A stretch of 64,000 nucleotides of DNA from a virus. Both the position numbers and the translations under genes were made by a program. Positions 47,149-57,744 of this stretch are shown piece after piece. Every line of letters starts with the position of its first letter. Position 1 is the first letter of the stretch. The stretch spans positions 28,393 through 92,392 of IMG/VR virus record IMGVR_UViG_3300034418_009484; one strand, given 5' to 3'. The notes under the pieces were generated by a model. It had not been told where the DNA came from, did no database searches, and worked only from the letters and a program-made list of their open reading frames with translations.

Positions 47149-47857
47149 ATGTACACTCCAAAGGAATTTTTCTTTCCCACAGCCCTTTCATTTCCATCCA
47201 CCATTTATAAAATACCACTGAATTGGAAAGATCGCCATCATTATTTGATATTTTTTTTGCATAATTATGAAAATCAGAATCTTTATAGAACACTCCAATT
47301 AGCTCAGACCAGATTGTTGTAAATGGTTGCATGATATTCTTATCGCCATAAAACCACATATCTGCTGGTCCTTGGTCAAACATTTCCCAGTCTGCCATAT
47401 AGATTCTTGCTGGTTTAATATTTGGATTGAATGTAATACACTGAACTGGAGTTCTGTTTGGATTTCTATTAATTCTACCCGTATCAAACCTAGCCTTTAT
47501 TATAATATCGTAATCATTATTATTCATGTAGCATAGATTAAACACTTTCTGGATAGAATAAAAATGGGAGATTACAGATTGAGGTGGTCTTGGAGACTTA
47601 TCTACAATGTCCTGTAGACCTCTTGCTTCTACGATTGAATTGAAATCAATTTGAGGCTCGAAAGAAAATGCAACTGGATCATACAGATTACAAATCTTTT
47701 CTCTTAGATGTGGTTCCCAGCTATGAATATAAACATCTGGCTTAACAGCCAACTCATCATAAACCCTTTTTACAAGATGATTATAACCATCTTCACCATG
47801 AGATTTTTTATCTGTAAGGGAATCAAAATACCCATGTAAACAAAGCGCAACTTTCAT
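47141..47857 (-). CDS. Hypothetical glycan-modifying protein
   Basis: MKVALCLHG, DVYIHSW, YDIIIKARFD, DMWFYG pattern common in viral glycan islands. Confidence 0.55.
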   Translation of the reverse strand: MKVALCLHGYFDSLTDKKSHGEDGYNHLVKRVYDELAVKPDVYIHSWEPHLREKICNLYDPVAFSFEPQIDFNSIVEARGLQDIVDKSPRPPQSVISHFYSIQKVFNLCYMNNNDYDIIIKARFDTGRINRNPNRTPVQCITFNPNIKPARIYMADWEMFDQGPADMWFYGDKNIMQPFTTIWSELIGVFYKDSDFHNYAKKISNNDGDLSNSVVFYKWWMEMKGLWERKIPLECTYE

Positions 47858-48570
47858 TATTTATATCCCTTTACAAAAGACCATGCTCTTCCTTCAAACT
47901 TAGAATCAGAATAAATATCTATGTCTTTATATCCTATCTCTTCTAAATCTTTTCTTAACTCTTCTGGATTATTACACCTACTATTCATTGGAAACTTGTA
48001 ATGATCTACATGATAATCTACCGCTGTTCCTAGATTTGAAACTGAGAAAGAAAACAAGCCTCCATCCTCTAGGTTATCGTACACGCTTTGGAATATCATT
48101 TTTCTTATTGTATGACTTGGAATATGCTCCAATACAACAGTTGTCATTATAAAATCATATTTAATCCTTGGTAATCTTTTACTTACAGATCTGATACTGC
48201 TGCCATCATTCTCCCAAGAATTTATTTTAGCACCATTAGCGTGCTTCTTTCTTTTTGCATACCTTTTTGCATACTCTGCATTTAATTTAGAGATGTCACA
48301 ACCATGTACATTACCCCACTCAGCTAGACTGCAAAGGTTTTTCATGTTTCTTCCGCAACCGCATCCGAAATCAAGAGCGTTCTTTCCTTTCCATTTTTCA
48401 GGATCAGACTTAACATCGCCAAGAAGGACATCCCAGTAATCTGGGTTTGGATCATGTTCTGAATGATTATCTACTGTCATTCCCTCATGATGTGTATTAA
48501 AAAATTCTTTTGCTTCTGCAACATAATCTTCAATAGTCATTTTAAAATCCCCAGTTATTATAGATTTCAT
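47857..48570 (-). CDS. Class I SAM-dependent methyltransferase
   Basis: ALDFGCGCGR, GCDIS, YDFI..VLEHI, LEDGG. Confidence 0.88.
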   Translation of the reverse strand: MKSIITGDFKMTIEDYVAEAKEFFNTHHEGMTVDNHSEHDPNPDYWDVLLGDVKSDPEKWKGKNALDFGCGCGRNMKNLCSLAEWGNVHGCDISKLNAEYAKRYAKRKKHANGAKINSWENDGSSIRSVSKRLPRIKYDFIMTTVVLEHIPSHTIRKMIFQSVYDNLEDGGLFSFSVSNLGTAVDYHVDHYKFPMNSRCNNPEELRKDLEEIGYKDIDIYSDSKFEGRAWSFVKGYK

Positions 48571-49153
48571 ATTGTGAACAGTCTGGGTAATCTTCGTTTG
48601 GCTGATCCTCTGCGTGTTTAGGATAAACAGAAAGCATCATCATTCCCCACGCTGCCAGTTCTGGTGTAATGTACGAATTGTATCCGAGGAATGGCAGAGC
48701 ATCTTCACTCATTGGAACACCCTCTGTTCTACCTGACCATCTTTTTTGTTTAAGTTTTTTATACAAAGATTTATCATCTGTTAAAATCATCCCACCTTTT
48801 CCTAGTTTCAATGGTTTTTTAATTCCAAATGATAAGCACATTAATGAACCAGAGATATACATGTCTGAAGTAAATCTTTTAGCTGAGTCATATATAGGCA
48901 ATCCTTCTAGCTTATAAAGACCAGTCCAATCATTCATATCATGATCAAACATTAATTTATGACCAGCTTGTAATATGGATTGAGGAACAGAAAGATATGT
49001 TCTTGAAGGTATCGTCACTTCTGTTGGATCAAACATTTCACATGCGATCCTGATTGCATTTGTGCAGTTATCACAAGAAACTGCATATTTAGCTCCTGTA
49101 TATTCAGCTACATTTTCTTCAAACATTCCAACGATTTTATGCGGCGGGTGCAT
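48542..49153 (-). CDS. DegT/DnrJ-family PLP sugar aminotransferase, compact form
   Basis: FEENVAEYTGAKYAVS..CTNAI, DSA, LSFGIKKPL, GGMILTDD. Confidence 0.8.
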   Translation of the reverse strand: MHPPHKIVGMFEENVAEYTGAKYAVSCDNCTNAIRIACEMFDPTEVTIPSRTYLSVPQSILQAGHKLMFDHDMNDWTGLYKLEGLPIYDSAKRFTSDMYISGSLMCLSFGIKKPLKLGKGGMILTDDKSLYKKLKQKRWSGRTEGVPMSEDALPFLGYNSYITPELAAWGMMMLSVYPKHAEDQPNEDYPDCSQYEIYNNWGF

Positions 49154-49824
49154 TACTTTCTCCTGAATACAAGTTCTTGGTGGGAATCTAAAGCACCTTT
49201 ATATGGAACTAGAATTTCATGCGTCTTGCAAATATGATCGACCAGTTCATGTCCTTGGTTTAATTTTACCAAGAAATTATGGATCTCCATAAAGATATAA
49301 TCTACCTCAGAAAGATCCTTGCCATAAAGGAAATCGTACTCACCACCTTCAATGTCTACCTTTAAGCAATTTATCGGACCAACCTTTTCAATGATTGATT
49401 CTAAACATACTGATTGAACTTCCTCGTCATACTCGGTAGGGTTCCAGCCATGTCCGCTTTCTTCGTATGCAAATCCAGTTACTCCAAAGTTTCCACAATC
49501 TTGATTGCCTGCTTTGTTATCATACATCCTAAGCACAAGTGTTTCGCCATCTGCCTTGCCTGCCGCTGCTCTAGTTATTTCAGCGTTACCTACTCCATAT
49601 TTCTCTATGTTTTGCTTACAGAGAAAAGCATTATTTTCAGAAGCCTCAACAGCATAAATTTTATCAAACAGTTTGTGATAGTTAATGATGAATCCTCCAA
49701 CATTTGCCCCAACATCCACACATGTTTTTGCGTGCTGAATATATCTCTGTACTTGATATGCTCTGGTGCTTGCCAGAATCTTTGCAAGCCAAGCGTCAGG
49801 ATTTTTTTGCATAGGAAGCGTCAT
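49153..49824 (-). CDS. FkbM-family methyltransferase
   Basis: VDVGANVG, AVEA, LKVDIEGGE, MEIH. Confidence 0.88.
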   Translation of the reverse strand: MTLPMQKNPDAWLAKILASTRAYQVQRYIQHAKTCVDVGANVGGFIINYHKLFDKIYAVEASENNAFLCKQNIEKYGVGNAEITRAAAGKADGETLVLRMYDNKAGNQDCGNFGVTGFAYEESGHGWNPTEYDEEVQSVCLESIIEKVGPINCLKVDIEGGEYDFLYGKDLSEVDYIFMEIHNFLVKLNQGHELVDHICKTHEILVPYKGALDSHQELVFRRK

Positions 49825-50192
49825 TCTATAATCTCCAATGGAATTTTTGCGGATTCAAATAGTCTTATACTCGAAATATTTTCAGCTAAAATCTGTGCAG
49901 TCGCATCTGGGTATAAATCCTTGATTGATTCTAGCATAAACTTACCAACCCCCTGACTTTGAAATTTTTTAGAAACTGCAATACGAATATCATTATCTAC
50001 CACCCCTACCCATCCCAAAGGTGATTCACCATCATGAGAAATGCATATAAAATAATTTTTAGACCATTTTTCCATAAATTTTTGGTGTTGTTCATCAGTA
50101 ATAATACTTTGACTAAAGAAAAATTCTCTGAATTGATTTCTTAATTTTAGAACAAAAGGCCAATATTTTTCTTCACATTTTACCATATACAT
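49821..50192 (-). CDS. GNAT N-acetyltransferase (PseH-like)
   Basis: LRN..F..I..EQH..F; FQSQGVGK; ENISSIRLFE. Confidence 0.8.
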   Translation of the reverse strand: MYMVKCEEKYWPFVLKLRNQFREFFFSQSIITDEQHQKFMEKWSKNYFICISHDGESPLGWVGVVDNDIRIAVSKKFQSQGVGKFMLESIKDLYPDATAQILAENISSIRLFESAKIPLEIIE

Positions 50193-50986
50193 ATTGGATA
50201 CGTTATCCTCCTAGAATTAATTTGATTCATATAATTTCTTCTGCTTCCAATTCCAGGCATAAATGGATTTAAACTTGAGCCAATATCCATATATGTATTT
50301 TCAGGATATTTGCTATAAAGTCTATGAATTGCCATATTACTAAGACTTGAAGCGGCGAACAAAAACAAATGATTTTTAATATCATTTTGTCCAACCCATT
50401 CTTCAATAGTATTAATTAAATCATAATCATTTACTATGCAATTTTTACCAATCCTAAAATCTTTTATAATATTAAATCCTAATTCTGAAAGCGAAGCATT
50501 TTTGTTAACTATCATTACAATTTTTTTTGTTTTAAATACAGGAGTCATTTCATTAATGAATCTAAAGTAGTTTGCATTTATCATAAGGTTAGACCAACTC
50601 AGATGCTCTTGGTCTATATCATCATACCCTTGCTTGATTAGATCCATCTGCCAATCAAAGTAATTCTGACCAATACAGCACCTACAGCTAATTCCTTTGA
50701 TGTAATTGTGCTGACGATGAACGAAGGAATCAACTAACTTCTGCCTATAAAACTCATGCTCATTAGGATCAAAGTGCTTATGGTCATCCTCCGCATAAGC
50801 CATCCTATGAACCTGTCCCTTTACCTTACAATGATCTGCTGCCATGACTATCTCTTGACCTTGCATCATAAATACTTCGCCGTCAGAGAATCTTGCAAAT
50901 GAAAAGTTTTCACCTTCAATAAGCATATTATTTATAGATGTGAAATCACCTTCAAAGGTTTTATTAGGAGGCATTGTTAGCGACAT
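50180..50986 (-). CDS. GT-D fold-like glycosyltransferase
   Basis: FSFARFSDGE and YMDIGS motifs. Confidence 0.6.
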   Translation of the reverse strand: MSLTMPPNKTFEGDFTSINNMLIEGENFSFARFSDGEVFMMQGQEIVMAADHCKVKGQVHRMAYAEDDHKHFDPNEHEFYRQKLVDSFVHRQHNYIKGISCRCCIGQNYFDWQMDLIKQGYDDIDQEHLSWSNLMINANYFRFINEMTPVFKTKKIVMIVNKNASLSELGFNIIKDFRIGKNCIVNDYDLINTIEEWVGQNDIKNHLFLFAASSLSNMAIHRLYSKYPENTYMDIGSSLNPFMPGIGSRRNYMNQINSRRITYPICIW

Positions 50987-51945
50987 AGTAATCTCTTTAC
51001 AACTTTCATATTTACTGAATAGTCTCTATCAACTCCATGTTCTTTGAAATCATCGACAAGCTCTTTGATTCCTGTCTCAAGCTGAGTTCTATGAATGATT
51101 CCTAAATCACGATACATTTTTTCTGAGTCTGTTCTCCAAGATCTTGCGTCATTAACATCTTCAACGATTACCTCAGTTCCATACATTTTTTCAAATATTT
51201 TAGCATATTCTAAAACCGTCATAGCTTCTTTAGAAATATTATATACCTGATTGAAAGATCTTTCGTCAAATAAAATATCCATAATAGCATTACTAATATC
51301 TTTTACATGCAATGATGGTCTACTTTGAGTTCCTCCATGAACAACTATTGGCTCATTGTTTGCAACTTTATCTGCAAAAATATTTAACATAAGATCAAGT
51401 CTTTGCCTTGGAGATCTGCCGTATAGTGTTGCAGGTCTTAATATCGTTATATCATACCCACCTCTTTTCATTAGATATTGTAGATAATGGTCTATTTCCA
51501 TTTTGATTACGGCATATTGAGTTATTGGTTCTGGATATGTATCTTCTCTTACTGGTTTTTCCTTTACTCCATATACACTTCCAGAAGAAACTTGTATAAG
51601 TCTTTTAATATATAGTCTTTCACAACTTTGAATTACATTCATGACCCCGTTGTAACTAACATCATGTGTAAATTTAGGATCTAAGTCTGAACTAATATCA
51701 TTTGATATACATGCTAAATTAATTACTGCATCAGAACCTATTAAATGATTATGAAGATTCTCTGAATCTCTTATGTCACATTCTATTAGATGTACTTTAC
51801 TTGCATCTTTAAATAATTTTAGATAATCTTCTCTGTTTTTCCAAAACCAAAAAGTATCTATTACTCTTACGTCGTATTGTTCTGATAATATAGGGCATAG
51901 TACAGACCCCACATATCCTGCGCCTCCAATTACAGTAATTGTCAT
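50977..51945 (-). CDS. NAD-dependent epimerase/dehydratase
   Basis: GGAGYVG, LACISND, SSGSVYG, YAVIK, RQRLDL. Confidence 0.9.
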   Translation of the reverse strand: MTITVIGGAGYVGSVLCPILSEQYDVRVIDTFWFWKNREDYLKLFKDASKVHLIECDIRDSENLHNHLIGSDAVINLACISNDISSDLDPKFTHDVSYNGVMNVIQSCERLYIKRLIQVSSGSVYGVKEKPVREDTYPEPITQYAVIKMEIDHYLQYLMKRGGYDITILRPATLYGRSPRQRLDLMLNIFADKVANNEPIVVHGGTQSRPSLHVKDISNAIMDILFDERSFNQVYNISKEAMTVLEYAKIFEKMYGTEVIVEDVNDARSWRTDSEKMYRDLGIIHRTQLETGIKELVDDFKEHGVDRDYSVNMKVVKRLLCR

Positions 51946-52955
51946 TTAATAATACCTTTCAATATATTCAATATTTTCTCACCAGATTTGCCATCACCAT
52001 ATGGGCATTCTAAACTATCTTCAATATTATAGTCTTTAAGCATATGGAATAGATCTGTCAATTCTCTTGGTCTTTTACATAGCCAAGAAAATTCTCCAAC
52101 TCCTTCTTGTCTTTCTGTTTTATTTCGGCACACAATACATGGCTTTCTAAAGAATGCAGACTCTTCTTGAATACCACCGCTATCTGTTATAACAAGTTTT
52201 GAGCTTTTAAGTATTTTTAATAAATAATGATGAGGAAGAGGATCTACTACTTCTACATGATTTAAAATATCTTTATATTTTAACACATTCGGGTTTGGAT
52301 GTATAGGCAAAACCCATTTAAATTCAGGATATTCCTCTGCTAACAAATCAATAGCTTTAAACCACTTACGGATTTGTTCATGGTTTTCTCTTCTATGTAA
52401 GGTACAGAGAATATGTATCTCTTCGTTTACTGGATGATTTACAAGGTTGTCTAGAGCAGTATTTCCAACTACATATATTTCTGAATTATGATGCTTGCCT
52501 TCATTAGTTAGATTTTTCATAGCGAATTTAGTTGGACAAAGATGAATGTCTGCCATTCCACTAACTGCCTGCCTGTTAAATTCTTCTGGATATGGCTGTT
52601 TATTATCCCAAGTTCTCAAACCTGCCTCTAGGTGAATTACTGGTATCTGTCTATGAAACGCTGCTAAAGCTACAGCAAAAACAGTTGTTGTATCACCCTG
52701 AACCATAACATGAGTAGCTCCATACATGTCAGAAGGAATCTGTTTTAGAATTGATGCAACGATAGAGTCAAGCCTCATGTCGCATATATCTTCTATTTCA
52801 AGTGTGATATGCGTAAACTCGCGTGCCACTTCATCTACTAGACTACTATGCTGTCCAGTAAATAATAGTTTATATGGAATTTTTCCTGCTATGGCTTGTA
52901 CCACAGGTTTGATTTTTATCCATTCTGGCCTGGTTCCAAAAGCTATTAATAGCAT
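51942..52955 (-). CDS. wecB: UDP-N-acetylglucosamine 2-epimerase
   Basis: FGTRPE, TGQH, QGDTTT, HLEAGLRT, PEEFNR, HRREN, DSGGIQEE, PYGDG. Confidence 0.93.
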   Translation of the reverse strand: MLLIAFGTRPEWIKIKPVVQAIAGKIPYKLLFTGQHSSLVDEVAREFTHITLEIEDICDMRLDSIVASILKQIPSDMYGATHVMVQGDTTTVFAVALAAFHRQIPVIHLEAGLRTWDNKQPYPEEFNRQAVSGMADIHLCPTKFAMKNLTNEGKHHNSEIYVVGNTALDNLVNHPVNEEIHILCTLHRRENHEQIRKWFKAIDLLAEEYPEFKWVLPIHPNPNVLKYKDILNHVEVVDPLPHHYLLKILKSSKLVITDSGGIQEESAFFRKPCIVCRNKTERQEGVGEFSWLCKRPRELTDLFHMLKDYNIEDSLECPYGDGKSGEKILNILKGIIK

Positions 52956-52980
52956 TAATTCACCTTTATGTGATATATAT

Positions 52981-53691
52981 TTATTTAAAATTAACCCAAT
53001 CTATCTTATACCAAAAAACATTTTCATATTCTGGATGTTTAAATTTTGAATTTATACGATACTTATTTGATTTAAGACAATCTTTTATAGGTTCACCATT
53101 ATCAAACTTTTTAATTAATTTTTCATAAAGTAAACTATTTTCAATAGTTTTAGTAGATGTTTTTAAAAAATGTCTATAGTAATCTCCATTTTCTCCTAAA
53201 TCAATACCAAATGCTTGTCTATAAATAAAATCAGCGATTTTAGAGTGTCTTACTTTATAAACAAAAAATGCATCCTCGTATCCATACGCTTCAAATTGAT
53301 TGCATAAACCATCTAATCTTTCAAATAACTTTGGTTTTATTGAAAAAAAATCATATCTCAATGGCAGGTTTGAATTAATTTTTTTTTCTTCTGTACCATA
53401 ATCGAAAACAAAAAATTTACATTCATTTTCAAAACAATTTAACAAATCAAAAAAATTAGGAACTCTATCTACAGGACAAAAAATAAAAGTATCTTTTTCA
53501 CTATATGGTTTTAATATATCAAAACCAGAATTTATCAGCCTAGAATAATTAAAATCTTTATCATTATCTTGTTCGATTATTGCGTACTCATAAGGTATGT
53601 TGTAATCTCTAAGTTTTCTTAAAAAAACAGGAAGTGTTAAATCAAGCTCTTCTTTTCTGTCTCTATACGGAACAATTATTTTATACATCAA
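52981..53691 (-). CDS. Glycosyltransferase family 7-like (beta-1,4-GalT-like)
   Basis: IVPYRDR, IEQ..FNYSRLINSGF, NQFEAYGYED. Confidence 0.75.
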   Translation of the reverse strand: MMYKIIVPYRDRKEELDLTLPVFLRKLRDYNIPYEYAIIEQDNDKDFNYSRLINSGFDILKPYSEKDTFIFCPVDRVPNFFDLLNCFENECKFFVFDYGTEEKKINSNLPLRYDFFSIKPKLFERLDGLCNQFEAYGYEDAFFVYKVRHSKIADFIYRQAFGIDLGENGDYYRHFLKTSTKTIENSLLYEKLIKKFDNGEPIKDCLKSNKYRINSKFKHPEYENVFWYKIDWVNFK

Positions 53692-54802
53692 AATATATCC
53701 TATATTTTAAACCTTTACTGTCTGATTTTTCAATTAATTCTTTGGAGAAATTCCAAGCCAATATTACGCAGTTTCCAAAATATTTTTTTGATTCTGATAA
53801 ATCTTTTATAGGATATTTACTGTATGGGCAATATAACCCCGTCTTATTTGGATTTTCATCAAATATATATTTTAGGCTTGAGTTGCAATATCCTAGAAAT
53901 GTCATACCTTTAGCAGCAGAACCGATACCATATTCTACATTGTCTTTTATGAATTTAGACCTTATTGTTTCACATTTTATTTTATATTGTTTGTAAAAAT
54001 CTTTATCAAAAAGACATTGTTCAAAGTCAAGCGGTTCAACACAAGATTCTTTTTTAGATATTTCAAAAAGATAGCTTTTCCCATGAATATCCTCTACAGA
54101 GATATTGTTGATATATAAACCATATCTTTTCAATAATTCTTTCATTGAATTTGTATTAAAGTAGGATATGTGTTCGTGGTATATGGTATCGAATTGACCA
54201 TGCTGGAACATTTTACATTGAGAAGTCTGTATAAGGATTACAGAATCTTCTTTCATATGGATTAAACAATTCTTTAGAAAACCATCTAGGTCTGACGTAT
54301 GCGCAAAAACATTTTGAGCTACGATAAGATCAAACTTTTTATTAAAAGTCGCGTGCTGCCAGTAATTATTGACTACTCCATGTTCAGATATTTTTGAAAC
54401 TATGTTCTCGGCGGGATCAACGCCATATGTTTTCCATCCATACTTCTTAAAGGCATCTAGTTGTGACCCGTCATTACATGCAATATCTAAAACTGTTTTT
54501 TTATCTGGAAATTTATCTGTAAACCTTTTAGCAAAACTATTAAAGAATTTTTTTAGAGTATTGCTAGTCCCACTAACATAACAATAATTTTTAAACAATA
54601 TGTCTGGATTAACAGCAACACTTAATTGTGAATGAAAACATTTTATACAAGTATTTAAAACCAATGGGTATTTATCCCACTCTTGACTTGGGCTAGACTT
54701 GTATTCGTTAGCTAGAGGTAGCTCGCCTAAGTTTAATGTTTCATTTAAATGGCTTGAATTGCAGCAAATGCAACGGTTTAATTTTTTCACTGAATTTTTC
54801 AT
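53681..54802 (-). CDS. NDP-sugar C-methyltransferase
   Basis: CICC..LPLAN..CIKC Zn domain, DIACNDG, FDTIYHEHISYF, SAAKG, LAWNF. Confidence 0.88.
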   Translation of the reverse strand: MKNSVKKLNRCICCNSSHLNETLNLGELPLANEYKSSPSQEWDKYPLVLNTCIKCFHSQLSVAVNPDILFKNYCYVSGTSNTLKKFFNSFAKRFTDKFPDKKTVLDIACNDGSQLDAFKKYGWKTYGVDPAENIVSKISEHGVVNNYWQHATFNKKFDLIVAQNVFAHTSDLDGFLKNCLIHMKEDSVILIQTSQCKMFQHGQFDTIYHEHISYFNTNSMKELLKRYGLYINNISVEDIHGKSYLFEISKKESCVEPLDFEQCLFDKDFYKQYKIKCETIRSKFIKDNVEYGIGSAAKGMTFLGYCNSSLKYIFDENPNKTGLYCPYSKYPIKDLSESKKYFGNCVILAWNFSKELIEKSDSKGLKYRIYFDV

Positions 54803-55439
54803 GATATTGATTATAGTATTTAAAATCTTTAGTATTTAAAAGTTTATTATATATAGATTCATCTATACATAAAGGTTCTTTATTTTCACTGACATTCTTT
54901 TTTAAATCTATTTTTTCTAATCCTCCTGCTGAAATATCCACTATAAAATCAAATTCTTTTATTAAATTAGGACTTATTAAAAAATCAGTTCCACATGAAT
55001 AATCAAGCCATTTAGATATACTTTCTGAATTTTTATATATGCCGTGATGGACTTTACACCATTTATCTTTATCTTTTTTTAAAGGTAAATTTCCCCAAAA
55101 GTAATTAAAAAAACTACATCTCAAATGTATAGGATTCCTAACTGTTACCAACAATGTATACCCATTTTTCTTAATTTTTTTTAAGATTTCTATACATTGT
55201 TCTTCACAATTATTATTATTATGATGGGATGTAATTCTGGAATAATTATTTTCAACTGGAAATAAATTTTCAGAACTTATTAATTTTGGTTGCTTTTCTT
55301 TTAAAATTTCTAAACATTTTTCATAATCATTAGCAAAATATATATTTCTATCTATATCTTCTATCTGTTCATGCAATACAGACTTTACCGTGGAGCCGCC
55401 TGTTTTTGGAATATGAAAATAAAATATTTTTTTAATCAT
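54741..55439 (-). CDS. Sulfotransferase-like protein
   Basis: FHIPKTGGST, VRNP..S..Y. Confidence 0.7.
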   Translation of the reverse strand: MIKKIFYFHIPKTGGSTVKSVLHEQIEDIDRNIYFANDYEKCLEILKEKQPKLISSENLFPVENNYSRITSHHNNNNCEEQCIEILKKIKKNGYTLLVTVRNPIHLRCSFFNYFWGNLPLKKDKDKWCKVHHGIYKNSESISKWLDYSCGTDFLISPNLIKEFDFIVDISAGGLEKIDLKKNVSENKEPLCIDESIYNKLLNTKDFKYYNQYHEKFSEKIKPLHLLQFKPFK

Positions 55440-56131
55440 TTATATGCTATAATATAATGTTTTATTACAGGAGAATACTCAATAACTCTATCACATCTAT
55501 TTACTAATTCTTTTATGCCGTGTGTATTAGGTGCAGAAAACCCTTCGTTAATCATTATTTCTGTTTTAATAAATTCTTTCGATGTTAATTTTCTTATGTT
55601 TTTGTTTTTTGTAACATAGTTAGTTTGGTCTTGATAAGCAATATCACCATTACCAATGTATATTTTTTTTACATTATCAAAATTTTTATTGAAACTTTTA
55701 ATGTATTTAAGGAACAATCTATCATCGCCGCTCCACCCCTCACACCTATTGTCTAACCCATTTGAAAAGCGAAAGACCGATCCTAATGTCGAAAAAAAAT
55801 CATACCCCTCGTTAATGTCTATAACGCTCTGGTTGCTTTTACTTTCTGTAAAAATTTTCATTTTGTCATTCGGATTACACTCTAGACAAGGCTGTTTAAA
55901 ATATATGTCTACAGGACTAAAAACAAACGTATCCTCATCTTTTGGATTAAGAATCCTAAAACCTGCGTTAATAGCCTTAGATAAAGAAAACAAATTACCA
56001 TCGTCCTCTTGTTCTACTATTGCAATCTCATAATTGTTAGTATAATAGTAATTTAAGAATGGAATATTATACAAAAGGTATAGTCTTAGACTAATTTCTC
56101 TATCTCTATACGGAACAACTATTTTTAACAC
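55436..56131 (-). CDS. Glycosyltransferase family 7-like (paralog of 52981..53691)
   Basis: VVPYRDR, VEQ..FS.SKAINAGF, GWSGDD. Confidence 0.7.
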   Translation of the reverse strand: MLKIVVPYRDREISLRLYLLYNIPFLNYYYTNNYEIAIVEQEDDGNLFSLSKAINAGFRILNPKDEDTFVFSPVDIYFKQPCLECNPNDKMKIFTESKSNQSVIDINEGYDFFSTLGSVFRFSNGLDNRCEGWSGDDRLFLKYIKSFNKNFDNVKKIYIGNGDIAYQDQTNYVTKNKNIRKLTSKEFIKTEIMINEGFSAPNTHGIKELVNRCDRVIEYSPVIKHYIIAYK

Positions 56132-57014
56132 TTAAAGCCTCTAAAATTGATTTAAAAGTTTCATGAAATTTAAAATCAAAAGTATCTTCAAACTTACTAC
56201 AGTCTAGCTTGAAATTGTAGGGAGAGTTCGATCTTTCATCTTCTAACTTATCAACAGATACGACAGGTTTATAAGTAAATAGTGAAACTTGTTTTGCAAT
56301 ATCATTCATATTTGTATTAAAAGAAGAAAGATTATATATCCCAGGATATTTTGGATTTTTTATAATTGATTCAACAGCCCTGCATAAATCTTTTATTCCT
56401 AATATTCCTCTACTTTTTTCTCTCCCACATAAAAATATTTCATTATTGTTTATAGCTGAATTATACATAGCGTTAATAACTGTATTTCTAATATTTTTAG
56501 AATATCCACATACGGTTCCGAATCTCAAGCCGTAATAATTAACATTAGAAAACTTTATAATATTATCTATTGTATTTTTTGCAAAATCATAAGCATTTAC
56601 TACGGAGGTAGTATCACATTCTTCTGAACACATTTCTCCATATGTGTTTCCGTAAACACTTGCACTACTAGCATAAATAAAGCATTGATCTTTTCTTAAT
56701 TTAAAAACTAGATCAATAAATTTTTTAATGTTATTATCAATAGAAGAAAAAGGATATTCAACACATTTCGCTACTGTAGAATGCCCTGCAAGCAATATAA
56801 CCGAATCAAACGATCTAATAAAATCTTTATCTAATTCTTCATAGTCAACAAGAATATTATTTTCATTTACATAATTTCCTCTCGCTTCTATATCGCAAGT
56901 TTCTACCTCATAAGTATCTTTTAAATGCTCATACAATACACTTCCAATATATCCAGTTCCACCAATTATTAAAACTTTTTTAGGTTTTTCTATTAACATA
57001 AGTTTTCCATCCAA
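56106..57014 (-). CDS. NAD-dependent epimerase/dehydratase
   Basis: GGTGYIG, ASSASVYG, YDFAK, LRFGTVCG. Confidence 0.88.
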   Translation of the reverse strand: MDGKLMLIEKPKKVLIIGGTGYIGSVLYEHLKDTYEVETCDIEARGNYVNENNILVDYEELDKDFIRSFDSVILLAGHSTVAKCVEYPFSSIDNNIKKFIDLVFKLRKDQCFIYASSASVYGNTYGEMCSEECDTTSVVNAYDFAKNTIDNIIKFSNVNYYGLRFGTVCGYSKNIRNTVINAMYNSAINNNEIFLCGREKSRGILGIKDLCRAVESIIKNPKYPGIYNLSSFNTNMNDIAKQVSLFTYKPVVSVDKLEDERSNSPYNFKLDCSKFEDTFDFKFHETFKSILEALSVKNSCSV

Positions 57015-57744
57015 GTCCTACAAGTCTTTGCACACATTCATTTCTTTCTTTGTAAAATTGTTTATGATTCCTCTGGGCAGAACTAGCAACCTCATCAACC
57101 CCTAGCTGTTGCCCATACAATGAACTCCAAAGGTCTTTATTATCAACGGGGTGCGAAGGAACATATGTTTTAATATTACCGTGTATTTGACACATCGCAG
57201 AGAAGTGCATATCTTCCCCATTTGCCCACATAGGCTTTTCCATCCACATATATTTAATGTAGCTAGAAGGGAAGAACCAAGCATGACCCACTAGATCAAC
57301 TTCAACTGTATTCTGATTGCCAGAAACCCATCCGTATCGCGTATTTGGTTGATAAGACGTTTCTTGATTCAGGCAGACTCCAACACCTCCGTAGATTCCA
57401 TTACACTCATTATAAGAGTCTAGACAGTTCTCAAACCATCTGGGGCCAGGAATAGTGTCATCATCGAAAATAGCAGTAAACTCTGTATCTACTAAACAAG
57501 CAGCAGCAAACCTTCCACAATACTTCCAGTTGTAATTAGATTCAATTACTCTTATTCCTGCTTGCTGTGCATAAAGATTAAATGAAGTCCAATCAAAATT
57601 GTTTTGATCTGGGTGATAATTTTTCCATACCCAAATTTCTTCTGGAGGAACTGTTTGGTTTATTAAAGCCTTTATTTGTGGTTGTAGATTTTGAGGCCGT
57701 CTATAACAATTAAGTATAGCTGTTATCATATAACCGTTTCCCAA
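56980..57744 (-). CDS. Glycosyltransferase family 2-like (GT-A)
   Basis: ITAILNCYRR, IFDDD DxD motif, GED. Confidence 0.75.
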   Translation of the reverse strand: MGNGYMITAILNCYRRPQNLQPQIKALINQTVPPEEIWVWKNYHPDQNNFDWTSFNLYAQQAGIRVIESNYNWKYCGRFAAACLVDTEFTAIFDDDTIPGPRWFENCLDSYNECNGIYGGVGVCLNQETSYQPNTRYGWVSGNQNTVEVDLVGHAWFFPSSYIKYMWMEKPMWANGEDMHFSAMCQIHGNIKTYVPSHPVDNKDLWSSLYGQQLGVDEVASSAQRNHKQFYKERNECVQRLVGLGWKTYVNRKT

